DNA from: Halobacteriales archaeon QS_8_69_26
GTDB lineage: Archaea > Halobacteriota > Halobacteria > Halobacteriales > SW-7-71-33
Assembly (NCBI GenBank): GCA_003023195.1
Contig: PXRX01000003.1
Span: 927-64,926 of the forward strand
DNA length: 64,000 nucleotides
Direction: 5' to 3'
The first letter of the stretch is position 1. Every line of letters begins with the position of its first letter. Under the pieces are notes generated by a model. That model did not search any database, was not told the DNA's origin, and worked only from the letters and a program-made list of their open reading frames with translations. Position numbers and translations under genes: made by a program. Positions 61,159 through 64,000 of this stretch are shown in pieces.

Positions 61159-62094
61159 ATGGGCCGGCTCGGACGGTACTGGCCGGAGATCCGGTCGCAG
61201 GCCAAGCGCCTCCTCGTCTGGCTGGTGGCCGCGGCCATCGTCGCCGTGGCGGTGGGGCTGGTGTGGGCCGGGACGCCGTACGAGGCCACCGACGGGAGCG
61301 TCGAGGCCGTCGAGGACGACGACCGGGTGGTCGTCGAGCGAACCGACGGGGGCTACGTCCTCCACCCGGCCGACGGTCCCGCGGAGACGGGGCTGGTGTT
61401 CTACCCCGGCGGGCGCGTCGATCCGAACGCCTACGTCGGGTCGCTCGCGGGGCTGGTGCGGGAGGCGAACGTCACCGTCGTGATCCCACGGATGCCGCTG
61501 AACCTCGCGATTTTCGACTACGGGGCGGGGCAAACCGGCCTCCGCTCCCACGCCGCCGACGAGGCGATGGCCGAACACCCGTTCGTCGAGCACTGGTACG
61601 TCGGCGGCCACTCGCTGGGCGGGGCAATGGCCTGCCGGTACGCGGCCGACCACCCGGATGCCGTCGAGGGGGTCGTCCTCTACGCCTCGTACTGCGACGT
61701 GGACGTCTCGGAGGGGGACCTCTCGGCGGTGAGCGTCGTCGGGGCGAACGACACCGTGTTGAACCGGGACGCCTACGAGCGCAACCGCGACAACCTCCCG
61801 GCGTCGGCCCGGGTCGCGGTGCTGCCGGGGCTCAACCACACCCACTTCGGGAGCTACACCGGCCAGGACCGCCCCACCGGCACCAGCTACGAGGAGGCCC
61901 ACGAACGGATCGACGGCGTCGTCGTCCCGTGGCTGCGAACCGAAACCGCCACCGAGGACCGGATCATCCACCCTCACGGGGCGGCGCAATCGCTCCGCGT
62001 CACGGGGAGAACCCGGTCCCCGCGGCTACTCGGTGAGGGGCACGGTCCCCGCGGCTACTCGGTGAGGGGCACGGTCCCCGCGGCTACTCGGTGA
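61159..62094 (+). CDS. membrane-anchored alpha/beta hydrolase
   Basis: FYPGGRV, GGHSLGG, NHTHFGSY; the C-terminus runs into a tandem repeat. Confidence 0.82.
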   Translation: MGRLGRYWPEIRSQAKRLLVWLVAAAIVAVAVGLVWAGTPYEATDGSVEAVEDDDRVVVERTDGGYVLHPADGPAETGLVFYPGGRVDPNAYVGSLAGLVREANVTVVIPRMPLNLAIFDYGAGQTGLRSHAADEAMAEHPFVEHWYVGGHSLGGAMACRYAADHPDAVEGVVLYASYCDVDVSEGDLSAVSVVGANDTVLNRDAYERNRDNLPASARVAVLPGLNHTHFGSYTGQDRPTGTSYEEAHERIDGVVVPWLRTETATEDRIIHPHGAAQSLRVTGRTRSPRLLGEGHGPRGYSVRGTVPAATR

Positions 62095-62136
62095 GGGGCA
62101 CGGTCCCCGCGGCTACTCGGTGAGGGGCACGGTCCC
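62014..62136. repeat. 29-bp tandem repeat x4
   Basis: cggtccccgcggctactcggtgaggggca at 62014, 62043, 62072, 62101. Confidence 0.9.
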
Positions 62137-62277
62137 GTAACCATTCGTCATCGCCACCACCAGACGGGTCGGTTCGGGGCGGTATCAATCCATCGTCACC
62201 GAAGATCGGGGTTCGGGATCCCCGCCGTCGACCGGACCCGATCCCCGGCCCCCGACCGGGAGCGGTACTCGCCGCCG

Positions 62278-63387
62278 TCAGCCGCGGTCCGGGACGTCTT
62301 CGGGGAGGACGTGCAGGCCGTCGCGGTGCTTGATCACCCGGACGGTGTCGGCGTCGGGGCCGAGGTAGTCCGGGCGGGCGACGGTGGTCGCCTCGTAGGT
62401 TTCGGGGTCGAGGACCTGGACGGCGTGGGCGTCCTCGACGGCCACGAGGGTGGTCTCGCTGGCGTCCTCGACGGTCCCCAGGCGTCGGGCCTCGGGGGCG
62501 ACCCCGTCCTCCCAGTCGGCCTCGTACCGGTCGCCGGTCGTGAGGCGCCGGCCCTTCAGGTTGCCCCGGGCGCTGGCGACGAGGACCGGCCCCTCGCCGT
62601 CCCCGGGGTCGATCACGTCCCCCGGTCGGTAGGGGGGCAGGCGGACGGCGTAGGCCATCCGGTAGACACGCTGGCCGTCGCCGTCCTCGGTTATCAGCCG
62701 CTTCGCCTCCGAGACGGTGCCGCCGAACCGCTCCGCGACCCGGTCGGCGATGGCCCGACCGATCTTGGCCGTCGAGACGCGCACGTCCAGGCCGTCGTCG
62801 GTCTCGCTCAGTTCGGAGATGAAGGCCTCGCGGTCGCCGTCGGCCTCGCGGTCGGCGACGTACTCCCGTGCGATCTCCCGGGCGCCGGCGAGTTCGTCGT
62901 CGTCGGGAGTGCGGTCGTCCGCCCGGACCTGGACGGTGGCGGCGTAGTAGTCGCCGGCGATGCGGCCGCACCGCTCGCAGGTGCCCCGGGAGAGCTTCAC
63001 CGGGACGGTCACCTCCTCCTCGACCGGCTGGCCCTGGACGAGGCCGGAGAACAGCGCGTGGACCCGGACGGTCGTCTCGTCGACGTTCTCCGGGGCGGCC
63101 TCCCAGGCGACGTCCTCGGCGTCGACGTGGACCGCCAGCGCCTCGCTGACGGCGTCCACGGCGACGTCGGCGTAGTCCTGGGCACCGACGTCGACCCAGC
63201 GCTCGCCCCGCTTGACGGCGCCACACGAGGCGCAGACGGGGACGTCGATCCGGTCGGGGGCGTCCACCAGATCGAAGTCCTCGAAGTAGCAGGCCACACA
63301 GAGTTCGCCGCCCCGCCCCGTCGGGTCGGGGACCCCGTGCTCGACGGGGTCGCCACACCGGGGACAGAACGCGCCCGATTCGCTCAT
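62278..63387 (-). CDS. NMD3 family ribosome export/biogenesis protein
   Basis: FCPRCG, LCVAC, VCASCG, CERCGR....YYAATVQVR. Confidence 0.88.
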   Translation of the reverse strand: MSESGAFCPRCGDPVEHGVPDPTGRGGELCVACYFEDFDLVDAPDRIDVPVCASCGAVKRGERWVDVGAQDYADVAVDAVSEALAVHVDAEDVAWEAAPENVDETTVRVHALFSGLVQGQPVEEEVTVPVKLSRGTCERCGRIAGDYYAATVQVRADDRTPDDDELAGAREIAREYVADREADGDREAFISELSETDDGLDVRVSTAKIGRAIADRVAERFGGTVSEAKRLITEDGDGQRVYRMAYAVRLPPYRPGDVIDPGDGEGPVLVASARGNLKGRRLTTGDRYEADWEDGVAPEARRLGTVEDASETTLVAVEDAHAVQVLDPETYEATTVARPDYLGPDADTVRVIKHRDGLHVLPEDVPDRG

Positions 63388-63588
63388 CACCCGCGGTAGG
63401 CCGTCGACCGGATTAAGGGACACGTTCTCGGCCGGGTCCCCTGCCGGCGATCAGGGGGGTCGATCCCGCCGGTGTCGCTGGCCAGCGACCCGATCCTCCC
63501 GCCACTCATCGACCCGATCCTCCCGTAGCCCCCCGAATCCGGTTCCACCGCGTCCCTTTAGCCCGTCGAGCGCGTAGTTCCGTCAGTC

Positions 63589-64000
63589 ATGAAGTGGCGG
63601 ACAGACTGGGGCCTGCGGGCCCGCATGGCCGTGACGATGTTCCTGCTATTCGTCCTGTACGTCGTCTTCGCGGGTGCCATGGTCCTGTACTTCGACCTGG
63701 GACTGGCCGCGACCGCAGTGGTGCTCGGTGGCTTCTCGGTGGTCCAGTTCCTCTTCAGCCACAAGCTGGTCCTCCGGACCATGCGCGCCCGGGAGGTCAC
63801 CGAGGACGAGTACCCCGAACTCCACGCCACGGTCGAGCGCCTGTCCCGGCAAGCCGACCTCCCGATGCCGACGGTCGCGGTGGCGGACTCCCGCGTCCCG
63901 AACGCCTTCGCGACCGGGCCGACCCAGAACAAGAGCGTGGTCTGCGTGACCACCGGCCTCCTGGACGCCCTCGACCGCGAGGAACTGGAGGGCGTCCTCG
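63589..64000 (+). CDS. htpX: zinc metalloprotease HtpX (5' part)
   Basis: MKWRTDWGLRARM..TMFLL..., YPELH..VERL...ADLP.P.VAV....PNAFATG...VCVTTGLL. Confidence 0.88.
   Translation, partial: MKWRTDWGLRARMAVTMFLLFVLYVVFAGAMVLYFDLGLAATAVVLGGFSVVQFLFSHKLVLRTMRAREVTEDEYPELHATVERLSRQADLPMPTVAVADSRVPNAFATGPTQNKSVVCVTTGLLDALDREELEGVL

Noticed and set aside
62014-62136. 29-bp repeats as a CRISPR array
   Set aside because: The units are contiguous with no spacers.

Overview
GC-rich (~70% by eye) chromosomal window from a halophilic archaeon (Halobacteria), judged from acidic proteins, Tat substrates and the RosR, CdpB1-like, NMD3 and DUF790 genes. Most genes are housekeeping or metabolic: aminotransferase, YchF, ThpR, SufS/SufU, peptidases, RosR-ppa, aconitase, DHFR, PaaK, tRNA-Lys(CUU), a MacB-type ABC system, sod, a cysteine-synthase-family enzyme, KDG kinase, MutL, USPs, NMD3 and HtpX. 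Accessory parts are a ~2.5 kb lower-GC three-gene island (3.8-6.3 kb) and a Rieske ring-hydroxylating oxygenase cluster (14.5-18.3 kb). The most striking unexplained signal is an AT-rich 20-bp double palindrome, TTACNGTAA-NN-TTACNGTAA, seen six times at five loci. Every copy is intergenic and close behind a stop codon, and one sits exactly where an aldo/keto reductase gene is truncated. Other notable items: an 18-bp-phased candidate operator shared by a regulator and a subtilase, a frameshift that fuses that subtilase to a dUTPase/dCTP-deaminase-family gene, a structured tRNA 3'-end duplication, several unannotated micro-ORFs (including a 41-aa pilin-signal-only peptide) and many intergenic tandem duplications. 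Family calls come from motif recognition by eye; no database searches were run.
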